This document shows positions 43,081 through 53,810 of a stretch of 64,000 bases of DNA, piece by piece; position 1 is the first letter of the stretch, and each line of letters begins with the position of its first letter. Location: assembly GCF_964355755.1 (NCBI RefSeq), contig NC_092676.1, forward strand, positions 687,788 to 751,787. The letters run 5' to 3'. Source of the DNA: Antedon mediterranea (Eukaryota > Animalia > Echinodermata). Position numbers and translations under genes: made by a program. Under the pieces are notes generated by a model. It was not told the origin of the DNA, did no database searches, and worked only from the letters and a program-made list of their open reading frames with translations.

Positions 43081-43893
43081 AAAATAAGACATTAATTATT
43101 AATGTTATGGACGCTGTAATTTCCGATATTATTCGGTCTATGTGTATTCTGTAGTACTTTTATCTAAATGCAATTAGAAAATTAATCCAGATTTTAAGAT
43201 TAGATCTTTACAGCAAAAGTTGAATCCTCTTATTTATCCATTTCTTAGTGTTAATATCTTCATCTTAAATAATATAATAACATATTTTCATCAACACCAT
43301 TGTATTATCATTTTTGTTTACCAATAATATATGGACAAATTTTCATGCAAAACAGAATTGAAATATGAAAAATATAAAACCCATCAACTATTATTTATTT
43401 GTTTATATTTTATTCACATATATACAAAAATAGTCTAAAATAATATGCCTAAATAGATTTTTTCTAATTTTACAATAATAACAAAGATTTGTAATGTTCA
43501 CTTTGAAAAAGGAAGATTAAAAGACTTTGATTGGCCAATTTGCAGTTTTAATAAAGTTATTCACTTAAGTTGAAAAAAATTAATGTTTTCACTTATAAAA
43601 AGACAAAATAAATGGTTAAATTCAACCAAAAACCAGTTGAATTTGACTATTTTTTGCATTAAATTACACCTAGCGCACATGCAATATATATTTTAAAGTT
43701 TTACTGTTGATGGATGTTTTAATTAATGTTTTTAAATTGTAAATTTGTTCTATGTATGATGTAATTATGAATGTTTTACCATATTTTTCTGTCGAGGAAA
43801 ACAATTTTTCCATGTACAATTTATTTTATATGGAACGAATAAAGATTTGATTTGATTTGATTTGATTTGACCTTTTTCAAGTAAATAATTATT

Positions 43894-44497
43894 TTTTCCA
43901 ATCCAATTTTTGGTCAAAGTGAATAATTATTATAGCAAGCAAGTTCATTATTCAGTAACGAGAGCAACTGAGTAAACGCCCTCTACAAGTATGAGAAATC
44001 TCGGGTTATTCAGAAGTAAGCTAGTTCATCAGATTCAGTTTTGTTATCTTGGAAAGTGACGAATGAGACGTCTCCTTGGAACGGCTTGTATAAACGCATG
44101 TGAACATAATTAGAACCAGTATTCACCTGGAAAAAAAAAAATTAATGTAAGTTAAGTTAAATGTATGTTGAAAAATGACAAAAATGTGATGTGCCTTTTC
44201 CAATCCAATTTTTGGTCAAAGTGAATAATTATTATAGCAAGCAAGTTCATTATTCAGTAACGAGAGCAACTGAGTAAACGCCCTCTACAAGTATGAGAAA
44301 TCTCGGGTTATTCAGAAGTAAGCTAGTTCATCAGATTCAGTTTTGTTATCTTGGAAAGTGACGAATGAGACGTCTCCTTGGAACGGCTTGTATAAACGCA
44401 TGTGAACATAATTAGAACCAGTATTCACCTGGAAAAAAAAAAATTAATGTAAGTTAAGTTAAATGTATGTTGAAAAATGACAAAAATGTGATGTGCC
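43894..44497. repeat. 302-bp tandem duplication containing cystatin exon 3 (second copy 44010-44126)
   Basis: 43894-44195 and 44196-44497 appear identical on inspection. Each has the acceptor, 39 codons including the stop, and 3' flank. Confidence 0.92.
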
Positions 44498-45231
44498 TAT
44501 ATAATGGATTACTGTATTTGGCCACATTTTTTTTGTCACAAAGTTTGATAGTGTAGACAGAGCTTTACAACTAGAACAAGGGTTGAATTGAGAAGCAACA
44601 TAAATTTTTAAGGATAAATTTGTTAGTTAAAATGTTACATTTTTAGTTGTTAGAAATACAGTAGGCCTAACTGAACACATCAATTTGCATAACATATCCA
44701 AATGCATGTACCTTGACAAAATAGTTGACTCCATTTACCAGCTGAGTTGCATATACCTTTGCCTCATATTTTTCAAACGATCGGCCCACTTCCTTTTCAG
44801 CCTCCTCGCGTACCTTTTTATAAAATAAATAAAAAAACCATTTTATTATTAAAATTATTACAATTTTAGATATATTTAATAATATGCAAAGGCCTAGCCA
44901 CACTTATAATATAGGCGTGTAGGTGCAAAAGTGCATTACTTACGAGTCTAGGCCTAGGGCCTACTTACTACATCAGATACGATTACTCTAACCACAGTAC
45001 CTGCTATACTATACTACTAGCCTATATACAGACTATTTACTACTACTAGTAGGCCTAGCCTAGGCCTACTACTAGTACAGTACTACTATATAGGTAGGCC
45101 TAGCCTAGCCTACTAGTAGCCTAGCTGGTAACTGTGTAGGCTTCATACTCTATATGTCTCACCTTGTCAATAAAACCCTGTATTTCTGCTGTTGCCACTT
45201 CTGCACCTTTCATACCACCACACAAAGCCAT
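44312..45231 (-). CDS. Type-1 cystatin (stefin; cystatin A/B-like), 95 aa, 3 exons
   Basis: Exons 45163-45231 (MALCGGMKGAEVATAEIQGFIDK), 44712-44813 (VREEAE...YATQLVNGVNYFVK, QxVxG motif) and 44312-44428 (VNTGSNYVHMRLYKPF...DELAYF*). Introns are phase 0 GT-AG, and there is no signal peptide. Confidence 0.93.
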
Positions 45232-46150
45232 CTTATTATGCGATATTTAAATTAAAAGGAATGTTTATCTTGGATTTTTTTGGCCACAGCTGATTTAAAA
45301 AACCCCAAAAAATACAATACTCATCACGTGCCAAAACTTGTACAAAAAGAGGGCGGCATTATTATTCAAATCATGGTGAGAGGGAAGAGTAAAGTGTGTA
45401 TTAAAATAATCTGATATATACTGCATATTATTTGAGTGTAGCTAGTTAGTTTGTGTGGGGTACTCAAGTGGCCGACTATACAGTATTTTTTTAATTTTCG
45501 ATGATGACACTAACACATAGTTTTATCACACAAAAAAACATTTGTTAACGTTTATTCTTTTGTTCAAATCCAATAAATTATCACTTAATTATACATAAAA
45601 CAAACAAATTTGTTAAAAACAGGATCCCAAGTATGATTGATAATACTATCTAACACATACGAAAGTCGTATAGGTATAATATTGATGAAACACTAACTTG
45701 GTAAAACCACACTGAACATTTCAAAGTATACAAAAACACACTTCCAACGAACATCCTATTTTCTTTATATAGCACATTAGTCCCTTATTTACAGCATAGG
45801 AGCTACTGTATAAAAATTATATTTTTATCACTCCATGTTTACAGTAAGTACAGCATATATACTGTATAATCTTATTTCTGCCGATTCAATTTGGCAGATC
45901 ATTTAAACAAAAAAACAGACTGTATGTACTACATAGGCTGTAGATTATTTACATACATGTGAGATGGACACAAAATTGACTGAGGTAGTTCAAAACATTT
46001 ATGATAACCAAACTTGTTTCTCTTATAAAATATAATGGTATTAAAAAGTAAAGCCAGCTGCCTACATCACAACACCTAGCATGTGTGTCTGAGTGGGTTG
46101 ACTGGATAAACCAACATTTTTCATCACTATCAACTACAGTATATGATATT

Positions 46151-48424
46151 TTAGCTTTTTTGTTCAAAATTTTCATTATTTGGGATGTATGTAAATGAGA
46201 CGGCCTGACTTCCACCATTATCTGAAGGCCGTATCAACTTAAAATAAACTTGTTTAGGTTCCGTAATGTTACCATCTTTGTAAGGAGGAGTCGTGCACAC
46301 AATAGCAACCTGAAAAAGACAAAAATAGAAGCATTTCAATAAACGTGACACAGAGTAAAACATTGAATTTGTGGTGACCTATGACCTATTACCTTCTTGA
46401 TTACTGTACTTGCTTGATGGGTCATAGAAAAGCTTACAATATATCATGTAAACCACATACAAAGAATTCATAATAAATAACTCATGCTGTCTGGACCACA
46501 AACAGATAAGCCTGGAGGGTTCTTAAGCTTTTTCTACATTATCAAACTAGTTTGACAAAAATGGTGTGATGTGTCCAAATATGGTAGTGATATGCTTAAA
46601 TATGCTAGTGGTATGACATCATCATGTCCATATATGGGCACATCAAATGTTTTTGTCACATAAAGTGTGATAGTGTGAACAGAGCTTTAAATTGTAATGT
46701 TTACATGCACTATACATGACACGTGAATCTTGTGCTGTAAGTTTGTTTAAAAAACATGTTATGTACCAATATAGTTATATTTCACAAGAAAAACAATACA
46801 TCATTTTATAAAATGAAAAAAAAAATAGTTTACCCGACGGTGAATATCCGATGGATTAACTTGAGCAAATTCTGACCAATCAGCATCAAAGAACTTCACA
46901 GCTATATCATCTAATTTTTGAAAAAAATTAATAAACTCTTATAAACCTTTTATTAAACTGTTATATATTTTTAAAATTAACTTTCACACGTTGAATTATA
47001 TATATGATATTTTACTGTCATGTTTGTTTGTATTCATGAAATTTGCATTGTTGACACATAAAATCACAGTAAATTATAAATATATAAACACAAGAATAGT
47101 TTTCTGATTCTATTTGTATGACTGAGTATCAATACCTCTTTGTATTTTGCTACACAGGATAAACACTTTATCTCCGCCACGAGCAAAACCTGTACGGCGA
47201 TCAATCTGTATCACTGCTGGGTAATCTAATTGCAACACAAAATGATAAAAAAATTAACTTTATATAAATAATAAACAGAAAGACATTCTAAACCTACCAC
47301 AAAAAAAAATGACTAAATGCATGATAAAGTCAAAATCTGAACTTTTGAAATAATGTGTCTCAATTCCTCATATATGCAGACAACTGTATTTGGCCTAGGT
47401 TTAAATATTAGCTCTGTCAGCCTAATAAAAGATGAGATTGAAACGAGTTGTTCTGTTTATTAAGTGTATTTCAATAGAAGCTTCAGAATAATGTATATAA
47501 ATGTTACTACTTTTAAATTAAAAAAAGTAAATTATATAAAGTAAAAAAACTCACTTTTATCAAATATAGGCTGACTAACAACCGGAGCGAGAGGCACAGT
47601 TTCACCGGCCTCCTGAACCAGGTACACTTGAAAGCACAGACACACAACGGTGAGGTCAAACAGTCCGATAAGTTTCTTTCGGTCAGTAGTGGTCAGTTGA
47701 AAGTTTTTGAATGGGTTAACACCCTGATTGAGACGTACCAACAAAGCACTGAATATCTCATCTTGCTTTATACGCTGAACGCCAAGATGTTCAAATCTAA
47801 ACAGAATATGACAATATATTTAATTCAATTCAAAATCCACAATTATTCAGTAGGTAGGAAAAATAAATTAATAAGGTGGAATGGTACTTTATTAGCAGTA
47901 CCAGCTTCTTTTCAATTTGTACTTGGACAAAAAAATAAGTAAAACAATTATTAGTGCTTGTAAGACAATTAAGTACTAAATAACATACTTGATTGGCTGG
48001 CCTGCATTTGGCACAAACTTCTTACAGATTCCATTTTCACAGTCTTTACCCACAAGGCCATATGGATGTGGAATAGGCTTTGATGTTCCAGTCTCATTTG
48101 TAACCAGAGATACAACTACTCTTACGCTGCCTGTGTAGTTATTAACCTGTAAGGTTAGTGACAGTTTAGAAAACAAAAAAAAATGGCAGAGGTAAAAACT
48201 ACAGTAAAGAAATTGACAGAAAAATGGATGTGAGAAAGCTTTAATGATGGAAAAAGACAACAATTTTATAAAAGTATAACAAACCTGGATTGTTGGAAAA
48301 CTTTTATTTTTTGAGATTGACTTTTCCTCATATTGAACTTTCACCTTATAGAACCTGAAGTCCCTCTGTTTTGGTTCTTCTATAATCTCAGTAAACGGTT
48401 CTTCCTCTGAACAAAGCAAGTTAC
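46151..48424 (-). CDS. Rel homology DNA-binding and IPT dimerisation domain exons, copy 1
   Basis: [87 protein letters not shown] and RPSD...[10 protein letters not shown]. Confidence 0.92.
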
Positions 48425-51400
48425 CTGTAAATTTATCATAAGTCAATGTAATATTAAAAACAATTACTGCTATTATATTATTACTTATGACTGAACAGTG
48501 GCCATATTGTATTCACCATTAACAGTTAGGCTAAGTGAAATACCTTTAGAATAAAAACTCTGCTGACCCAAGTGACATGTACATATTACTACTGTATATG
48601 ATTCAATTAATCAAGGATGTGTATTACTAGTACCTGTATAATTAACTAAAATTGACAGAAATTCATGATACATTGTTGTAACTATAAAAGTTTGTTATTT
48701 AGGGTACAATAAAAACTTCTCACCAAATTCTGATTTTACAGGCAGGAATACCAAATTTTGAGATGATTCTGAAAATAGAAACATGGTACTTAAATGGGCT
48801 GAGTAAACTCATTAGCTTTGGACTAGTGAAATAAAAATGTCAACCAAGTCGACAACCAATGACCTAACTGGGCCACTGGGACATCATCTTACCATCAGAT
48901 TCAACTTCACGTTTCACATTTAACAGTTTCTCCTGTACAGGTGATTCCTGGGCAACAGGCAGGCAATGTATAGGTCGTTTCTGGGCAACAGGCAGGCATT
49001 GCGTAGGTGGTTGCTGGGCAACAGGAAGGTAATCCATAGATGGTTGCTGGGCAACAGGCAGCCAATCCATAGGTTGTTGCTGGGCAACAGGCAGAAAATC
49101 CATAGGTGGTTGCTGGGCAACAGGCAGGCAATGCGTAGGTGGTTGCTGGGCAACAGGCAGGAAATCTGTAGGTGGTTGTTGGGCAACAGGCAGACAATGT
49201 GTAGGTGGTTGCTGGGCAACAGGCAGACAATGTGCAGCTGTTTGTTGGACTGGCAGTTCACAAGTTGGCTGTCCATGTGTAGATGGCTCATTGGTGTATG
49301 GTGTTCTACAGGGAGGTTGTTGGGGAGATCCAGCTGTTTGTCCTGATGGCATCTCTTTATTTAAATCTGCAAAAGAAAAAAGTGTTAAACCTATACTGCC
49401 TCCCCCTAAAGTCTTGTCTTCTCTACTAGCATTGCAAACTATCAACTATTTACAACTATCTACAATTGCCACTATTACTAATATCATTAACATTACCGTT
49501 ATTAACTGCTATGTCGTCATCATCATAATCAACATCATCATTATCATCATAATCACTATAATCAGACGAGTCTTCAGATGCTGATGATCCAATTACTAAA
49601 TCATTTGAAGATTCTGTTTAAAAATAAATTAGCAAAAAAGATTGAAAATATATCAAATATATTCTTTATATTATTAATAACTGAACTACAACTATGCTTA
49701 TCTATCAAGCATGTGCTTATGTTGCTTAGCTCACAAAACATACCGTGGTCTAGCTTTGCCTTCTTTGATAATTCTGAACTTTGAACTTTACCTACAAAAT
49801 GAGAAAAAGTCATTAAAGCGTAATTCCTACTTTCTAATTAACACACGTATTTTGTATATTTCATTGCATATCATTTGAAAACCTTTGTGCTCAATGCAAC
49901 ATCATGATTTAGTCATCAAGATATTATAGATTGGCTAGAGGGCAGACTCTTGACTGGGAAGTGATTCCAATAGGATGAGTAGTGCATGATTGTATAGGAG
50001 GTGTGACTGGTGTATCAATTGGTCGTATTGTATCATATTGTTGGTTCCCTCTAAACGAAGTATAACTTATTAACTATTTTAGTAAGAGTAGAGTTCACCC
50101 TCTAGTCAATCAGTAATATCTCAATTGATTCAGGTCACATGTGGGCTTGTATTTGGGAATTTGCCTAGATACAGTAAAATCGGTTAGTAATCTTACGTTT
50201 TACGGATGTCTTCACCATCTGGTTAAATTTAGTGCTTTCATTAGGATCTTCTGAAATAAAATTATGTAAATATATATATATCGGGAGATTCCAGCATTTA
50301 TCGGTATACTCCAGAATTTATCGGGAAACTCCAGCATTTATCGGGAAACTCCAGCATTTATCGGGAAACTCCAGCATTTATCGGGAAACTCCAGCAAATA
50401 TCAGGAGATTACAGAATTTTTGGGAGACTCCAGCATTCATCAGGAGAGGGAGGTGTGGTCCTTAAAATGTACATTTACTAAATGACAATGACAACAACTT
50501 ACTTGACATAACTTGGTCCGAGTTACTTGTCATTGATGTTGTAGATGATTCGTCTCTGTTGTCTAACGAAAAAAAAAATATATATATCAGAAAAAATTGG
50601 GGGACATTTATTGAGAGGGGGAGGTCTGGTTCTGGATATCCTTAAAAATAAGAAAGAATGTATTTAACAAAAGGCAACTTACTTGGCATAACTTCACCTG
50701 AGTTACTTTTCGTTGATGTTGTTGCTAAAGACGACGTTTCGCTGTTGCCTACCAAAAAATAAACATACTAGTCTAATTAAAATATTTGCAGAATAGATAC
50801 CGGTTTCCTGCTCTTCAAGTCCAAACTACACTTAACAATTCCAAACTACTCAATAATAAATTTAATCCTGGCGAGTAAACTGGAGCAAAGAAAACAATGT
50901 TATACCTTTTGTTAGAGCTTCCACTGCAAGTGGAACCTGAAGCGTTTTCAATTTCTCAATGAATGATTCCATTTTCCCCTCACAAATGACCCGCCTATGT
51001 TCAAGATCCATGATCAGGTTCCACACATCAACATACTCTTTAACAGGATCATTGTAACACTCACTGATTTTAGCCACATCAGCCTGTCGCAACACCATTC
51101 CAAGCATCACCACTTGTTGGCGATGACAGCTAAACTTTGATAATACAATGTCACGAACATTCGGGCATGATGGAATCAGCCGCTTAAGTTTTTCCACTAA
51201 GCCAAACTGCTTGGTTGCCTTTATGGTGTCGTATATCAGAGTGAGGTTACTGGGACTAAGATCTCCTGAGTCTATCAATAGATTCAGCAATTCAATCATT
51301 TTAGTAGCATTATCCAGCTCAAAGTTGCTTGCCACGTGGTCTTGGTACAACACTTTTAGCCAGTTGATATATGGACGTCGATCATACCACAGCGAAACCT

Positions 51401-53254
51401 CTGATAAAACATTCTTAAATTGTTCATCTGTTACTATAACAAGAAAAAAAAGTGATAATATAAAAATTTGTTTTCTTTTTCTGGGATGACAGTGTTTTTA
51501 CGGAATAATTTAGAGTAACTTACCTGTTGTACCATGGTCCAGCTTTGCCTTCTTTGATAATTCTGAACTTTGAACTTTACCTACAAAATAAGGAAAGAAA
51601 GGTCAAGAAAGGTTCAAAAGATTTATATATTTTTAAGTAACAAATGTAATTTTATATTTTTATTTTTGTTTTAATTTATTCTATTTAATTGCCCTAAATG
51701 ATTCGGAAACCTTTTTAGCTAAATGAAAAATCATTGCTTAGTTAATAATTTTTTTTTCCAATCTGAGACGGGAGTATCTACAGAGGAATTCAGATCTAAA
51801 ACCCAGACCGCCATATTCTATTATAACATCTAAATACATTCTTGTCATTTGATTCATTGAAACATACATGTCAAGTTTGAAACACTGTAATTTCCAAAAT
51901 GTCCCAACCGGGTAACCCCCTGCATCCACCTTATCAATCACTTTTATTTTAAGATTAACAGTACTTTACTTTTTTTTTGTCAATAAATCTTACACTTACA
52001 GGAAATTACATGAAAATTGAACTGTTGTACTGACAAACTTTACATTACATCGCAAGATTTAAATTTGATTCACTTACAATCAACTTCTGTTTGTGAACTG
52101 ATCCTTTTAGAAAGATTACCCGAAATACCATCATTTGATGACGCAACGACTTCTGTAACTTTGTTAATTTTTGGAGCTATTGTTGTTGTAGAACTCGACA
52201 CAACCTTCATCTTTGGATTGTTATCAGGGATATGTAAAATAAACATCGGCCTGCTTGTTTGAAAGGTATATGGCATAACCGATGATGATGTTCCTGTAAC
52301 CGGCATAATGTGGCGGTTTGGAAATTCTGCCTCATGAAGTATTGTGCAAGTTGTAGCTTTCAGACTGTGATTTGTGTATTTTTTTAAGCATCCAGCTTTT
52401 TCAGAAATCGTTTTCATCTTGCTTCCAAGCGTATTCACACCCAACGGCGCATCGATGTACCACGGAGTTCCGTCGTTTGGCGCCGCAAATCTCGGACGCT
52501 GCCACATACATTTCATGTCTGGGTTTAACACTTTTTTTAATGCGAGGAAACTCGAGACGGGGCACCTATTTGAACCGGGAATTTCGTGCATATGTCCGCT
52601 ACAGTCCTTATTAGGATCATTCTTACATCTAGATTTGGTCATGTTGTCACGATGCACAATGTAACGAAGATTTTTATCATCGACTTCAACAAAGAAATCG
52701 GAAATTGACATGCCTCGAAGGTTCTCTCTTCCACAGTTACCAAAGCGTATCATAATATCAATAAAAACTTTATTTTGCAGTCCCTCAGGTGTGGTAAGAT
52801 CCAAAGAGTCAAGTATTTTCTTCATGTCATCTTCAGTCACTGCTTGTTTGTGTCGCACGCCACCTTTGCCGAGTTTTTTAAGCTTAACAAGCATGGCTTT
52901 ATATGTTTTATCACTTTCTTTGAAGACCCAACTTTGAGTGATATCCACACATTTTTCAGCCATAAAGTGTCGGCCTAGCCCATATCGAATTGCATGCATC
53001 GTTTTTCTCGTGTACAATTCCCCATTATCTCTGCGTAGACCTCCATAGAAGCGACTCAAAAAACAATCAAGTTCTGTCGTATCTAGGCTTTCTACGTCCG
53101 CTAAAGTTGTACTTACAGCAATAGCAAAGGCTTCTAGCCTACTGACTGCATATTTGATTTGTTTTTTAGTGTTTGACGATTCTGGTGCATCATCATGTAA
53201 TCTAGCAATGTCTTCGTCGCTCAAAAGAGCAAAATTGCAACCGGATTCCGCCAT
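46151..53254 (-). CDS. Predicted multidomain protein (about 1163 aa): DUF3504/tyrosine-recombinase fold, tandem DED-like, Q/P-rich linker, Rel homology domain and IPT
   Basis: Phase-consistent GT-AG exons 52078-53254, 51524-51580, 50906-51433, 50683-50748, 50503-50562, 50197-50250, 49744-49791, 49497-49613, 48893-49366, 48724-48768, 48285-48424, 47989-48146, 47555-47796, 47136-47225, 46834-46910 and 46151-46309 sum to 3492 nt with one terminal stop. The join of the first exon is inferred. Confidence 0.7.
46525..46688. mobile_element. MITE-like element copy (intron of Rel copy 1)
   Basis: Same terminal inverted repeats and internal GATGTGTCCAAATATGGTAGTGATATG...GACATCATCATG as 39146-39309. 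Confidence 0.7.
50281..50440. promoter_or_regulatory. Intronic 20-bp minisatellite carrying six kB-consensus sites
   Basis: GGGAGATTCC (50283), GGGAAACTCC (50323, 50343, 50363, 50383) and GGGAGACTCC (50422) all fit GGGRNWYYCC. Confidence 0.55.
50906..51433 (-). CDS. Exon encoding two death-effector-domain-like (death-fold) helical repeats
   Basis: FKNVLSEVS...LKVLYQDHV..LDNATKMIELLNLLIDSGDLSPSNLTLIYDTIKATKQFGLVEKL, then FSCHRQQVVMLGMVL...DVWNLIMDLEHRRVICEGKMESFIEKL. The pattern resembles caspase-8/cFLIP tandem DEDs; no HMM was run. Confidence 0.7.
52078..53254 (-). CDS. Crypton/DUF3504-like tyrosine-recombinase-fold exon (KCTD1/ZMYM/QRICH1-like), catalytic motifs degenerate
   Basis: Motifs LSRFYGGLRRDNGELY, GLQNKVFID, GRENLR, CPV, WQRP, WY..PLGVNTL and YTNHSLKAT. 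The ATG is in a good context (ACAATGG), and the ORF ends on a consensus donor T|GTAAGT at 52078/52077. Confidence 0.85.
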
Positions 53255-53705
53255 TGTTGTTCGTTCGCGTTCAGCGATTGCATATAGCGAAATTCAACGG
53301 CGGCCATATATACCATAATAATTGAACGCTTGATGACGTAGCCTAGGCCTCCAGGTTCATTTGCGTATTTATTGAATACCATGTGACCCACAATCATCCA
53401 ACCAAATGCAGAGTTTCAAGTTTCTCAGATAAATTAAGTAATGTTGATAACAATTAAATAATTCAAAGACATTTTATACGCCCAACAAAAGCCAAATAAA
53501 GATAGAACAATTATCGGGACAATTGAAGTAAAAAACAAAGATAAAACTGGCGGGATTGCCTAATTAATAATACCTGTACAATAATTGTTATCTTAACAAT
53601 GAAATAATGCGGAATAAATTATTTTTATGAAGATGAAGAATTATTTTGTGGCTTTTTGACTTTGTGGTGCAGCATCGCAACACGACCGCAACAGCACAAC
53701 GACCA

Positions 53706-53810
53706 CCACGTGCTGCAGCTCTGAGACGATCGGGGAAAACCCTGGAATCATGAGCGACTACCACGTGCTGCTGCAGCTGAGACGCGTACGATCGGGGAAA
53801 ACCCCGAAAT
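53706..53810. promoter_or_regulatory. Duplicated E-box plus kB-like module upstream of the YR-DED-Rel gene
   Basis: CACGTG at 53707 and 53762; GGGGAAAACCC at 53732 and GGGGAAAACCCC at 53794. These lie in a CpG-rich patch about 450-550 bp upstream of the ATG. Confidence 0.55.

Noticed and set aside
44945-45125. Palindrome-rich AGGCCT/TAGTA tract as a structured RNA
   Set aside because: Low-complexity simple sequence in cystatin intron 1 with no defined fold or family signature.
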